Of a stretch of DNA of 28,735 bases, positions 1-9,804 are shown one piece after another. The translations under genes were made by a program, and so were the position numbers. This DNA comes from a virus. Its lineage: Duplodnaviria > Heunggongvirae > Uroviricota > Caudoviricetes. Each line of letters opens with the position of its first letter. The stretch's first letter is position 1. A model generated the notes under the pieces. The model was given only the letters and a program-made list of their open reading frames with translations. It searched no databases and was not told the DNA's origin. The DNA is taken from IMG/VR virus record IMGVR_UViG_2585427791_000002, one strand, 5' to 3'.

Positions 1-53
1 GCAATAGTGGACACGCGGCTAAGTGAGTAAACTCTCAGTCAGAGGTGACTCAC

Positions 54-353
54 ATGACAAAAACAGTATCAACCAGTAAAAAACCCCGTAAACAGCATTC
101 GCCTGAATTTCGCAGTGAAGCCCTGAAGCTTGCTGAACGCATCGGTGTTACTGCCGCAGCCCGTGAACTCAGCCTGTATGAATCACAACTCTACAACTGG
201 CGCAGTAAACAGCAAAATCAGCAGACGTCTTCTGAACGTGAACTGGAGATGTCTACCGAGATTGCACGTCTCAAACGCCAGCTGGCAGAACGGGATGAAG
301 AGCTGGCTATCCTCCAAAAGGCCGCGACATACTTCGCGAAGCGCCTGAAATGA
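54..353 (+). CDS. insE: IS3 transposase OrfA (InsE), helix-turn-helix DNA-binding subunit
   Basis: Translation [56 protein letters not shown]... matches remembered IS3 InsE. ATG at 54 preceded by AGAGG; the track ORF at 45 begins on an in-frame GTG. Confidence 0.9.
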
Positions 354-1216
354 AGTATGTCTTTATTGAAAAACATCAGGCTGAGTTCAGCATCAAAGCA
401 ATGTGCCGCGTGCTCCGGGTGGCCCGCAGCGGCTGGTATACGTGGTGTCAGCGGCGGACAAGGATAAGCACGCGTCAGCAGTTCCGCCAACACTGCGACA
501 GCGTTGTCCTCGCGGCTTTTACCCGGTCAAAACAGCGTTACGGTGCCCCACGCCTGACGGATGAACTGCGTGCTCAGGGTTACCCCTTTAACGTAAAAAC
601 CGTGGCGGCAAGCCTGCGCCGTCAGGGACTGAGGGCAAAGGCCTCCCGGAAGTTCAGCCCGGTCAGCTACCGCGCACACGGCCTGCCTGTGTCAGAAAAT
701 CTGTTGGAGCAGGATTTTTACGCCAGTGGCCCGAACCAGAAGTGGGCAGGAGACATCACGTACTTACGTACAGATGAAGGCTGGCTGTATCTGGCAGTGG
801 TCATTGACCTGTGGTCACGTGCCGTTATTGGCTGGTCAATGTCGCCACGCATGACGGCGCAACTGGCCTGCGATGCCCTGCAGATGGCGCTGTGGCGGCG
901 TAAGAGGCCCCGGAACGTTATCGTTCACACGGACCGTGGAGGCCAGTACTGTTCAGCAGATTATCAGGCGCAACTGAAGCGGCATAATCTGCGTGGAAGT
1001 ATGAGCGCAAAAGGTTGCTGCTACGATAATGCCTGCGTGGAAAGCTTCTTTCATTCGCTGAAAGTGGAATGTATCCATGGAGAACACTTTATCAGCCGGG
1101 AAATAATGCGGGCAACGGTGTTTAATTATATCGAATGTGATTACAATCGGTGGCGGCGGCACAGTTGGTGTGGCGGCCTCAGTCCGGAACAATTTGAAAA
1201 CAAGAACCTCGCTTAG
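350..1216 (+). CDS. insF: IS3 transposase OrfB (InsF), DDE catalytic domain; normally expressed as an OrfAB fusion by -1 frameshift
   Basis: 288 aa ORF matching remembered IS3 InsF (…[31 protein letters not shown]…[10 protein letters not shown]…), overlapping the orfA stop (ATGA); a CCAAAAGG stretch typical of the IS3 slip site lies near the orfA end. Confidence 0.9.
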
Positions 1217-1243
1217 GCCTGTGTCCATATTACGTGGGTAGGA

Positions 1244-3217
1244 TCAATCAGCACCAGGTGCGGATATTGACAGGCCATCTTCGATAAACGCAAAAACAGG
1301 GAAAGCAGCGCCATCAACATAGAACACAGAGCGCAAATCATCGCCCTTATTACTCATCATTATTGAGTGGATGGCTCGTTCATTGTTTTGATATTGCCAG
1401 AACATTCCATAAGCATAACGCCCCCTGTCAGTCCAGCCACCAGGCATAACAAATCCGTTAAACTCGCAGTTATTCATCGGATCGCCTGCGGTTCGCGTTG
1501 CCGTGGTGATAATGACCCTTGATGCCAGTTCGCTTACTGAGCCAGCAGAACGCATAACAACAACAGGGTAATATTTTCCAGATGTTGCACCTGCAGGAGC
1601 GTTAACCCGCACATAACGCATACCACGCTTATCAGCAAAGTCTGTTTTACTGACCGCGTTAATGTTGTTCAGGAAGCGTCCCTTATCGGGTATATCAGCG
1701 CCGTTCTGGTCTTTCTGCAGACGTTTCTCTGCATTGTCATAGGCTGATTTTACTGCCTTTGGCGTTGCCGCCAGCGTTTCAGACGTACTGTTGGTCGCAC
1801 TGCTGAGCTGTACTATCCCCTTTTTCGTCGTGCTCGCATCCTCAAGCGCCACGGCGGATGCAATATCCTCTGCCCGTTTTGCCGCTGTCTCGGCGCGCGT
1901 TGCCGCGGATTCCGCCGTACTTTTGCTCTGTGCTGCCGCCGTCGCACTGCCAGCTGCCTCTGTCGCCTTCGTGGATGCTGTCGTGGCGCTGCCCTTCGCT
2001 GCTGACGCCTGTCTGGTCGCCTCATCTTTTGAAGCAGACGCCGATGAGGCCGATGACGCCGCCGAACTGGCTGACGATGCGGCAGCCGTTTTTGAGGATT
2101 CTGCGCTGGTTTCCGACGCTTTCGCGTTCGTTTCGGATGTCTTCGCTGCGGAAGCAGAACTCGCTGCTGCGCTGGCCTGTTCAGTGGCTTCGCCAGCCTT
2201 CGTTGTGGCTGTTGAAGCGGATGATGCGGCGCTTTCTGCCGATTTTCCGGCGGCGGTGGCACTGGCTGAGGCCTGCCCGGCACTTGTTGACGCGGCGCTG
2301 GCAGATGATGCAGCCGCTGTTTTTGAGCCTGCCGCAGCTGAGGCGCTCTGTCCCGCTGCCGTCTCAGAAGACTTAGCGTTCGTCTCGGACGTTTTTGCCG
2401 CCTTCGCGGAATTTCCTGCCGCCGTTGCCGAGGAAGTTGCGCTACTGGCGCTCGAGGATGCGTTCGTTTCTGATGATTTCGCTGCCTCTTTTGAGGCCGC
2501 CGCATCCCGGGCTGAGGTGGCAGCTTCTGACGCTTTCGTGGTCGCGGTGGATGCAGAAGTGGCTGCTGATTGTTGTGACGCTGCGGCATTCGTTTCTGAC
2601 GTTTTCGCGGCACTGGCACTGGTAGCTGCCGCGCTTTTTGAGGACTCTGCAGCAGCAGCACTTTTCGATGCTTCACTGGCCTTTGTTGATGCCGTTCCTG
2701 CGCTGGAAGACGCTGACTGAGCCGACGACGCGGCCTGTCCGGCTGACGTGCTGGCTGCGCGTGCTGAGCCTGCAGCATCAGTCGCATGGGTTGCCGCCTC
2801 ACGGGCTGATGTGCCGGCATCGCCGGCTGACTTCTTCGCGGCTGCCGTGTTCTGTGCCACCGCGGACGCGTTACGCGCCACCTCTTCCACCATCAGCTCA
2901 AAACGGCGCAGTGCCTCTGGCCGGGCATCATCCTCCGTCATGGCACCGAGAAAATCATTCAGCGTACCGGGTCGGGAGTCTTCATACACGGTGATGGTCC
3001 CGGCATGTGACGGCGGGAATCCTTCCACCAACAGAATAACGCTGTACTGACCGTACTCAACGTCCATGCTGTAACGCCCGGCTTCATCCGGATTTTCTGA
3101 GGCCACCGTGTTCACCACCACCGTGGTGCTGTTACGTTTTGCTTTCAGCTGGATTGTGCAGTTCTGTACCGGTTTTCCTTTGCCGTCTTTCAGTACACCT
3201 GAAATCTTTACTGCCAT
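1244..3217 (-). CDS. stf: Side tail fibre protein (lambda Stf-like), 3' end interrupted by IS3; the stop codon is supplied by the IS3 terminus
   Basis: N-terminus MAVKISGVLKDGKGKPVQNCTIQLKAKRNSTTVVVNTV… matches lambda Stf, followed by the characteristic Ala/Ser/Thr-rich region. The reading frame runs directly into the IS3 right end at 1244-1246. Track start at 3223 is a GTG; ATG at 3217 matches the lambda start. Confidence 0.8.
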   Translation of the reverse strand: MAVKISGVLKDGKGKPVQNCTIQLKAKRNSTTVVVNTVASENPDEAGRYSMDVEYGQYSVILLVEGFPPSHAGTITVYEDSRPGTLNDFLGAMTEDDARPEALRRFELMVEEVARNASAVAQNTAAAKKSAGDAGTSAREAATHATDAAGSARAASTSAGQAASSAQSASSSAGTASTKASEASKSAAAAESSKSAAATSASAAKTSETNAAASQQSAATSASTATTKASEAATSARDAAASKEAAKSSETNASSSASSATSSATAAGNSAKAAKTSETNAKSSETAAGQSASAAAGSKTAAASSASAASTSAGQASASATAAGKSAESAASSASTATTKAGEATEQASAAASSASAAKTSETNAKASETSAESSKTAAASSASSAASSASSASASKDEATRQASAAKGSATTASTKATEAAGSATAAAQSKSTAESAATRAETAAKRAEDIASAVALEDASTTKKGIVQLSSATNSTSETLAATPKAVKSAYDNAEKRLQKDQNGADIPDKGRFLNNINAVSKTDFADKRGMRYVRVNAPAGATSGKYYPVVVMRSAGSVSELASRVIITTATRTAGDPMNNCEFNGFVMPGGWTDRGRYAYGMFWQYQNNERAIHSIMMSNKGDDLRSVFYVDGAAFPVFAFIEDGLSISAPGAD

Positions 3218-3225
3218 ATTCACCC

Positions 3226-3255
3226 CACAAAAAAGCCCGCCTGAACCGGCGGGCT
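3226..3255 (-). terminator. Putative rho-independent terminator between lom and stf
   Basis: On the minus strand an 8-bp GC stem (AGCCCGCC / GGCGGGCT, loop of 6) is followed by a T6 run, about 30 nt downstream of the lom stop. Confidence 0.55.
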
Positions 3256-3281
3256 GTCATAACACTGTGTTACCTGGCTAA

Positions 3282-3881
3282 TCAGAATTTATAACCGACA
3301 CCCACGATGAAACCGTCAGTGCGCCAGTCACCACTGCCGGAGCCTTCATAAGCAATATCAATGGCCACGGATTCGGTCGGGTTAAACTGCACGCCAGCCC
3401 CCCACGCCAGAGACGTGTTGCTGTGGCGACCGTCATCACTTCCGGTCAGCACATCGTGCGTTTTCCCCTTGTTGTCAGTTACGCGGAGATAATCCCCGAA
3501 GAAAGTCGACACACGGCTGTAAGCCACACCCGCCATCGCATACACGCTGAACCATTCATTCACGCGCACAGACGGCCCCGCCATTACGCTGAACCAGCGG
3601 TTACGCACGGAATCTTCATGCCAGCGGGTATCGCTGTAATGCGTTTTTTGCTCATCTTCAGCGTTGGCATAACTGAATGACGTAATCAGCCCCAGCGTGT
3701 CCGTAAACTCATAACGGTATTTCACGTTAATCCCGTTCAGATTATCGCTGCCGGGAGCGTTCGTACGGGCATGAAGATACCCTGCGCTCAGTGTGGCCTG
3801 CTGCTCAGACGCCCATGCAGGCGCACCGGATACGGCCAGACAGATGGCTGTGGACAAAATGGCTGCACAAACTTTACGCAT
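3282..3881 (-). CDS. lom: Lom outer-membrane protein (Ail/Lom/OmpX family), a lambda accessory gene
   Basis: 199 aa; signal peptide (…AVSGAPAWA) and C-terminal …[11 protein letters not shown] beta-barrel signature; near-identical to remembered lambda Lom; sits between J and stf as in lambda. Confidence 0.93.
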   Translation of the reverse strand: MRKVCAAILSTAICLAVSGAPAWASEQQATLSAGYLHARTNAPGSDNLNGINVKYRYEFTDTLGLITSFSYANAEDEQKTHYSDTRWHEDSVRNRWFSVMAGPSVRVNEWFSVYAMAGVAYSRVSTFFGDYLRVTDNKGKTHDVLTGSDDGRHSNTSLAWGAGVQFNPTESVAIDIAYEGSGSGDWRTDGFIVGVGYKF

Positions 3882-3902
3882 AATTACCTCTCGCTTTTCT
3901 GC

Positions 3903-3929
3903 AATAAAAAAGGCGCCATTTCTGGCGCC
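3903..3929 (-). terminator. Putative rho-independent terminator downstream of J
   Basis: Minus strand: GGCGCC-AGAAAT-GGCGCC hairpin followed by TTTTTTATT, directly after the J stop and before the lom ribosome-binding site. Confidence 0.55.
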
Positions 3930-3948
3930 CGTATATGGGTTATAAAAT

Positions 3949-6900
3949 TCAGCTGATACTGATGCCTGCGGTGGCTTTCTTCATCACCACAACCAGCAAA
4001 TCGCTGATACTTGCTGTGGGATGCCAGTCATTTACCAGCCATGCTGACACCGAAAACTCCAGCGTCATGTGGCCGTGACCAGCTGGCATATCAATAACAC
4101 CACTGTAAATCAGCGTATTATCCAGCGCGGTACGGTTATAAATTTCAGCACCATTTTTCTTCACTATCAGGCGGCATGAGGAGTAAATATCAGTATGCTC
4201 TCTCTCATGTTTAGCACCGCTGAATGCCACCGCCGGAATAACAATCTGCCGGTCAAACGGCTGATCGTCATAAATCCTGACGGTAATGGTCCCTGATGGC
4301 CACCGCTCCGGTGCCCGGGAGTCCCGCGGGAAAGCCTTACCCACTGTTTTGACAATATCGCCTTCAATCTGGTTGGCTGACAGTTTCCCTTTAATCTGAC
4401 AGTTTTCATTTATCGTAACGTTGTTGAGCGTCCCGGCGTTCGCATTCACACTGCCACTGATATCTGCATTTTTAGCGGTCAGCTTTCCGTCCGGTGTCAG
4501 GGAAAATGCAGGAGGATTACCGCCGCTGGTAATGGTGGGAGCCGTCAGATATTTCAGGAACACTTCATTCATGAATATCTGATCACCCTGACCAACAAAC
4601 ATCGGTTTTGTGTTGCCATTTGCAGGATTAATCATCGCAATCCTGTCTGCCGCCAGCAGTACCTGACTCTGCATGCCGTCGGGGGTGTTCTCAATACCGG
4701 CACCGATACCCGCAATATAAAGGCGTCCGTCCTGCATCTGCTGCAGCTTCACAGCCCACATGCTGTTCAGATTATTATTTGTATCAACCTGAACCTTCTG
4801 TATCTGCTGGATCGCTGCACTCTGGTCTTCCAGTTTCTTATTGACGGTCTGTGTGATTTCATTGCTGACATCCGTAATGGATGTCCTGATTTCAGCCAGG
4901 TCAGGCGCAAGCTGACCGTTATCAATCTGCGTCCACAGCTCCTGAGCCAGATGGGTTTTCCCTATCTCGCCTTTGAAAAAATCCAGATAGCCGGATGCGT
5001 CATCACTCGGCTGACCAACAGCCTCCACGAATGCCGATTTGCCAACGGTGTTCACACTGCGAACGTAAAAATAATAATTATGGCCCGGCCTGATATTGAT
5101 ACTGGCGGCTATCCAGTACAGCGCCGTGCCAAGATAGCGTGCTGTGGTTTCAACCTGCCTGATATCCGCAATCCGCTTTTCCGAGAACCAGAACTCAAAC
5201 TGTACCGTCGGATCATAAACCGCAAGATGCGGCGTGGCGGTTATCTGAAAATAGCCCGGCGTCAGCTCAATCCGCGACGGCGCTGCCGGTGCGGCAATCC
5301 GGAACGATACCGACGCCGGATCGCCCTGCTGCCCCCACGCATTTACCGCCCGGACTGTCAGCCTGTAGTTCCCCAGAGCCAGTTGTGTGAAGCGGTAAGT
5401 GGTTTCCGTCGTCCGGGCCGTGCTGACCAGCCGCTCACTGCCGTCATCCGCTGCCACGGTCAGGCGAAGCAGGAAGCTCACGCCCTTCACCACCTTCGGC
5501 GTGTCCCAGCGGGCCAGCACCTGGTATTCCCCGCTGTCTGCAGTGACTTCTGCGGTCAGGTGCTGCACCGCTGGCGGCGTGACACCGTTCACCGTGCCAC
5601 TCTGTTCGCCGTCAAAGTGCGCCCCGTTATCCACGATGACCTCTTTTTCCGGCACATGCTGCACGGCGGTGATGGCATACGTGCCGTCGTCGTTCTCACG
5701 GATACTCACGCAGCGGAACAGTCGCTGGCGCAGCCTCGGCAGCTTCAGCCCCCATACGCTGTATCCGGCAACACCGTCAGGAACACGGCTCACTTTCACC
5801 TTCACGCCGTCGGTGACGGACTGAACCTCCACGCTGACCGGATTGCCACTTCCGTCAACCAGGCTTATCAGCGTGGTACCGGAGGATGGCAGCGTGATTT
5901 CACGGTCAAGCGTCAGCGTCCGGGTCAGGCTGTTCACCGCCAGCACACGACCACCGGTGCTGATACCGGCATAGTCATCATCACAGATTTCAATAACATC
6001 GCCCGGTACATGGCGAAGCCCTTCTGCGCCGACGCTGAAATCCACGGTCTGCGTTTCCAGCAGCTCCGTTTTAATCAGCCACAGCCCGGCTCGGTGTGCC
6101 TGCCCCCGGCTGGTACAGCCAAAGGCATCCATCTTCGTGACATTACGACCGTAACGGGCAATGGCCTGCGTGTCCTCCACAAGCTCTGTCGCCGTCTCCC
6201 AGCCGTTATCCGGGTCAATCCAGTTCACCTCAACGGCATTATGGCGGTCCTTCAGGGCGCTGAAGCTGTAGCGGAACGGCGCGCCATCATCCGGCATCAC
6301 CACATTACTGCGGTTATAGGTCCACACCTTATCCGACGGTCGGTCCTGCACGAACGTCAGCGTCTGCCCGTTCCATACCGGCATACAGCGCATCGCCGAG
6401 CAGAAATCACTGAGCACATCCCACGCCTTGCGCTGTGTGGTCAGCCAGGCATTACAGGTGATGCGCGGCTCCGTGCTGCCAAAGCCGTCCGGCACCGACT
6501 GGTCGCAGTACTGGCCGATGACATACAGCGCCCATTTATCCACATCTGCCGCACCAAGACGTTTCCCCATGCCGTAGCGCGGGTGGGTCAGCATATCCCA
6601 CAGACACCAGGCCATGTTGTTGCTGTATGCCGGTTTAAACGTTCCGTCCCAGATACCGCTGTATTGCCGCGTCTGCGGGTTATAATTCGACGGCACCTGC
6701 AGAATACGCCCGCGCAGATGATAATTACGGCTCACCTGCTGGCTGCCGAACTGCTCCGAATCCACCTGTACGCCGACCAGTGCCGTGTTCGGGTAGCACT
6801 GTTTCACATCGATGATTTCGGTGTATGACGACCAGAGCGTTTTGTTCTGCAGCTGGTCTGTGGTACTGTCCGGCGTCATTCTGCGCATCCGGATATTAAA

Positions 6901-7428
6901 CGGGCGCGGCGGCAGGTTATCCACCACCACCGAGGCCAGATACTGCGAGGTGGTTTTGCCCTTAATGGTGATGTCTTTTTCCGTCACCCAGCCACCATTA
7001 CGCTGTATCTGAACCAGCAGGCGAACTTCCGACGGATTCCGGTCCCCCTTTGAGGTGGTTTCCACCAGTGCCTGCACACCGAAGGTAAAGCGCAGTCGGT
7101 CGATGTTTGCCGACGTGATGGCGCGGGTGATCGGCGTGTCGTATTTCACTTCCGTACCCAACACCGTCTCGGAGCCGGAGGATTCAAATCCCTCCGGCGG
7201 AGTCTGCTCCTGCTCACCGGCCCGGAACACCACCGTGACGCCGGAGATATTGGTATTCCCCTCACTGTCCAGCACCGGCGTACTGTTCAGCAGCACGCTT
7301 TTTAATCCCTCCACCGGACCTTCAATCGGCCCTTCGCTGATGGCATCGATCACACTCAGCAACTGCGTGGTCTTCAGGTTGTCCTTCGCTTCGCGCGGAG
7401 TATGCCCCTTACTGCTTCCTTTACCCAT
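3949..7428 (-). CDS. J: Tail tip / host specificity protein J (central tail fibre)
   Basis: 1159 aa; N-terminal about 850 aa match remembered lambda gpJ ([19 protein letters not shown]…); the C-terminal receptor-binding portion differs from lambda. Confidence 0.96.
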   Translation of the reverse strand: MGKGSSKGHTPREAKDNLKTTQLLSVIDAISEGPIEGPVEGLKSVLLNSTPVLDSEGNTNISGVTVVFRAGEQEQTPPEGFESSGSETVLGTEVKYDTPITRAITSANIDRLRFTFGVQALVETTSKGDRNPSEVRLLVQIQRNGGWVTEKDITIKGKTTSQYLASVVVDNLPPRPFNIRMRRMTPDSTTDQLQNKTLWSSYTEIIDVKQCYPNTALVGVQVDSEQFGSQQVSRNYHLRGRILQVPSNYNPQTRQYSGIWDGTFKPAYSNNMAWCLWDMLTHPRYGMGKRLGAADVDKWALYVIGQYCDQSVPDGFGSTEPRITCNAWLTTQRKAWDVLSDFCSAMRCMPVWNGQTLTFVQDRPSDKVWTYNRSNVVMPDDGAPFRYSFSALKDRHNAVEVNWIDPDNGWETATELVEDTQAIARYGRNVTKMDAFGCTSRGQAHRAGLWLIKTELLETQTVDFSVGAEGLRHVPGDVIEICDDDYAGISTGGRVLAVNSLTRTLTLDREITLPSSGTTLISLVDGSGNPVSVEVQSVTDGVKVKVSRVPDGVAGYSVWGLKLPRLRQRLFRCVSIRENDDGTYAITAVQHVPEKEVIVDNGAHFDGEQSGTVNGVTPPAVQHLTAEVTADSGEYQVLARWDTPKVVKGVSFLLRLTVAADDGSERLVSTARTTETTYRFTQLALGNYRLTVRAVNAWGQQGDPASVSFRIAAPAAPSRIELTPGYFQITATPHLAVYDPTVQFEFWFSEKRIADIRQVETTARYLGTALYWIAASINIRPGHNYYFYVRSVNTVGKSAFVEAVGQPSDDASGYLDFFKGEIGKTHLAQELWTQIDNGQLAPDLAEIRTSITDVSNEITQTVNKKLEDQSAAIQQIQKVQVDTNNNLNSMWAVKLQQMQDGRLYIAGIGAGIENTPDGMQSQVLLAADRIAMINPANGNTKPMFVGQGDQIFMNEVFLKYLTAPTITSGGNPPAFSLTPDGKLTAKNADISGSVNANAGTLNNVTINENCQIKGKLSANQIEGDIVKTVGKAFPRDSRAPERWPSGTITVRIYDDQPFDRQIVIPAVAFSGAKHEREHTDIYSSCRLIVKKNGAEIYNRTALDNTLIYSGVIDMPAGHGHMTLEFSVSAWLVNDWHPTASISDLLVVVMKKATAGISIS

Positions 7429-7449
7429 TCCTCACGCTCCATAAACGAC

Positions 7450-7470
7450 AAAACCGCCCGCAGGCGGTTT
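7450..7470 (-). other. Short GC hairpin plus T-tract in the I-J intergenic gap (possible attenuator or RNA-stability element)
   Basis: ACCGCC-CGCA-GGCGGT stem-loop with a T-run on the minus strand; function unknown, and late-operon transcription under Q antitermination would read through it. Confidence 0.3.
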
Positions 7471-7488
7471 CACATAAAACATTTTGCA

Positions 7489-8130
7489 TCAGCGACCAAT
7501 CACCACAACCTGACCACCATCCCCTTCATCTGCTGTGCTGATCTCCTGAGATACCACCCGCGACCCCACACGCATTTCACCGTACAGAACGGGCAGGACA
7601 TTGCCCTGGGCAACCATATTATCCAGTGAAGAAAAATAGGTGTTCTGTTTGCCGTTATCCGTTGTCTGTGTGCGGGGAGTTCTGGCTTTCGGTGCCAGCA
7701 TCTGCGCCACACCACCGAGCACCATACTGGCACCGAGAGAAAACAGCAGATTACTCGCCATAATTCCTCCCCCCGGCATCCATATAGCAACCGCCATAAC
7801 AGCCGCCCCCAGCACAGCCTGAAACACACCGCCACTTTTGGCTCCTGCCAGACGCAGCACGATATGGATCACAGCACCATTTGCCAGCGGTTCATTAAGA
7901 CGGGCTGATAATTCATTTTCGCCTGCATCACGCCCGGCAATGCGCACCTGATACCAGCCCTCATTCAGTTTCTGGCGAAACGACGGAAGCTGCGTGGCCA
8001 GCGCCCGGATGGCTTCGGCCCCCGTTTTCACACGAAGGTCGATGCGGCGGCCAAATCGTTGTAAATCCCCGTAAAGGCAGATGCGTGCCATGCCCGGTGA
8101 CGCCAGAGGGAGTGTGTGCGTCGCTGCCAT
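7489..8130 (-). CDS. I: Tail tip assembly protein I
   Basis: 213 aa; MAATHTLPLASPGMARICLYGDLQRFGRRIDLRVKTGAEAIRALATQLP… matches lambda gpI; overlaps the 3' end of K as in lambda. Confidence 0.93.
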   Translation of the reverse strand: MAATHTLPLASPGMARICLYGDLQRFGRRIDLRVKTGAEAIRALATQLPSFRQKLNEGWYQVRIAGRDAGENELSARLNEPLANGAVIHIVLRLAGAKSGGVFQAVLGAAVMAVAIWMPGGGIMASNLLFSLGASMVLGGVAQMLAPKARTPRTQTTDNGKQNTYFSSLDNMVAQGNVLPVLYGEMRVGSRVVSQEISTADEGDGGQVVVIGR

Positions 8131-8771
8131 TTGTCGGTGTACCTCTCTCGTTTGCTCAGTTGTTCAGGAATATGGTGCAACAGCTCGCCGTCGCCGCAGT
8201 AAATGGCGGCATGATTCGGCACCGATGAACCAAAACAGCACAGCAGCACATCGCCCGGCTGCGCCGCTGACAACGGCACCTGATACAGCCCTGTGGCCTC
8301 CAGATTATCCAGATAGAGATTCTGACCGTGACGCCACCAGTCATCCTCACGATGAAAATCAGGCATCTCAATTCCCGCCAGATGGTAAGCATCCCGGAAC
8401 AGCGTGTAACAGTCCGTCACCCCGTGCTCAAAGCGCCGCCCGGTAAGATGTGGCACACAGCGGAACTTGTGAATCGCCCCCCGGCAGACCAGCCACCACG
8501 GCAAATCACTCTGCACCTGCAGCCGTCGGTCGGCCTCACTCAGCCAGGGCAGAGCACCGGGGTGACTGTGGACCAGCGCCACAATCTCACCCTGCATTTC
8601 TGCCCGCAGCCAGTCCTCCGGAGCCATCCGGAAATACGCCTCCGGCTCACCGGAGATATTCACGCAGGGAAAATATCTTTCCCCTTCCGGCGTGCTTACC
8701 ACGAAGCCGCACGACTCCGCTGGCGCACATCGCCGGGCGTGCGCCAGAATCGCTGATTCTGTCTCTGTCAT
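8028..8771 (-). CDS. K: Tail tip assembly protein K (MPN/JAMM-like plus NlpC/P60-like domains)
   Basis: 247 aa open frame starting 6 nt after the L stop; contains HSHPG…S..D and downstream Cys/His motifs; C-terminal 199 aa correspond to the lambda gpK annotation as I recall it (internal Met at about 8627). Confidence 0.9.
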   Translation of the reverse strand: MTETESAILAHARRCAPAESCGFVVSTPEGERYFPCVNISGEPEAYFRMAPEDWLRAEMQGEIVALVHSHPGALPWLSEADRRLQVQSDLPWWLVCRGAIHKFRCVPHLTGRRFEHGVTDCYTLFRDAYHLAGIEMPDFHREDDWWRHGQNLYLDNLEATGLYQVPLSAAQPGDVLLCCFGSSVPNHAAIYCGDGELLHHIPEQLSKRERYTDKWQRRTHSLWRHRAWHASAFTGIYNDLAAASTFV

Positions 8772-8776
8772 GGGAT

Positions 8777-9475
8777 TTACTGCGAAAGTTTGTTAATGGA
8801 AAGGAAGCCGCCAAAGTTGCCGACGTTATTGCGAAACTTACAACCGCTCAGGCATTTGCTGCATTTATCCTTCGTGATATCGGACGTCGGCTGGTCATAT
8901 TCATCCGCGACAGCCGGACCGTGATAACCGCACTCATCACCGCGATAGGTCCAGGTGCAGGTATTAGCCAGCATGATGCGGCCCGGAAAAACGGCACCAT
9001 CCGTTTCCGTCGGTGTGGAGAGCACAAAGGAAGCACTGACCGCGCTCAGTTCGCTGCACTGCTCGATGCGCCAGCGGCTGATCACCTCCTGCTCCGGATC
9101 GGCGTCGCTGTTTCCGTTGACGAAGTTCACCGCATCCAGAAAACGGGCGTAAACCTTACGCCGGACCACCGTTCCGCCGACCAGACTCTGCAGATCTTCC
9201 GCCATCTCGGTGACCATACCGTACAGGTTAGAAACCGTCAGCGTGGGGCGCGTACTGGTGCCTTTGCCATTCAGTTCAAAACCACTCCCCTGAATGGGAT
9301 ACGGCTGATACTGTCGCCCCTGCCAGGTGACCGGCTCACCTTTTTCGTTCTGCTCATTACAGAAAAAATAACGTTCTCCACCGACCTCTGTCAGGTCGAT
9401 TTCCCAGAGCACCACGCTGGCCGACTGCTCCGCACGGGTGCATTCATTCAGTGTTTCCTGCCGGATATCCTGCAT
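8777..9475 (-). CDS. L: Tail tip assembly protein L
   Basis: 232 aa; MQDIRQETLNECTRAEQSASVVLWEIDLTEVGGERYFFCNE… matches lambda gpL including the C-terminal Cys cluster. Confidence 0.95.
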   Translation of the reverse strand: MQDIRQETLNECTRAEQSASVVLWEIDLTEVGGERYFFCNEQNEKGEPVTWQGRQYQPYPIQGSGFELNGKGTSTRPTLTVSNLYGMVTEMAEDLQSLVGGTVVRRKVYARFLDAVNFVNGNSDADPEQEVISRWRIEQCSELSAVSASFVLSTPTETDGAVFPGRIMLANTCTWTYRGDECGYHGPAVADEYDQPTSDITKDKCSKCLSGCKFRNNVGNFGGFLSINKLSQ

Positions 9476-9804
9476 CAGTTCACCACCTGTTCAAACTCTG
9501 CGCTGAACTCAACACGCAGCATACTGACCCGCGACGACCATTTTGCGCAGGTCACCTTTATCTGCCGCCACTCATAAGGCGGCGTCCACAGAAAGGCTTT
9601 CCAGCCCCCGTGCTCTTCCAGAAACGACTCCAGTACCGTGGCCTCCTCACGGGGGACAGAAAGCGTCACGCTGTACGTTTTCAGGTTGGCATTCAGCCCG
9701 GCAGGCGCTCGCTGGGAATAGCCATCACCAAAGCGCACCTTTCTTACAGAAGGGGCCGAAGCCACATCCATACCGGGTTTCACTTTCCAGCGGAAGGTTT
9801 TCAT
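9475..9804 (-). CDS. M: Tail tip assembly protein M
   Basis: 109 aa; MKTFRWKVKPGMDVASAPSVRKVRFGDGYSQRAPAGLNANLKTYSVTL… matches lambda gpM. Confidence 0.95.
   Translation of the reverse strand: MKTFRWKVKPGMDVASAPSVRKVRFGDGYSQRAPAGLNANLKTYSVTLSVPREEATVLESFLEEHGGWKAFLWTPPYEWRQIKVTCAKWSSRVSMLRVEFSAEFEQVVN

Larger units (their letters stand above)
1..1246 (+). mobile_element. IS3: IS3 insertion sequence, truncated at window start (about 12 bp of the left inverted repeat missing); right terminus ...CACGTGGGTAGGATCA ends at about 1246
   Basis: Window begins inside the remembered IS3 left terminal repeat (GCAATAGTGGACACGCGGCTAAG...). Two overlapping ORFs match IS3 OrfA/OrfB (InsE/InsF) almost residue for residue. 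Right end matches the IS3 inverted repeat. Confidence 0.9.

Noticed and set aside
45-53. Upstream GTG start for IS3 orfA
   Set aside because: ATG at 54 has the correctly spaced AGAGG site and matches the known InsE N-terminus.
1791-2820. 309 aa plus-strand and 335 aa minus-strand ORFs inside stf
   Set aside because: By-products of the repetitive Ala/Ser codon region of stf; the translations are homopolymer-like or Arg/Pro/Gln-rich.
4951-6828. 625 aa plus-strand ORF antisense to J
   Set aside because: Lies entirely within the strongly supported J gene on the opposite strand; Arg/Pro/Cys-rich composition typical of antisense GC-rich sequence; no start context.
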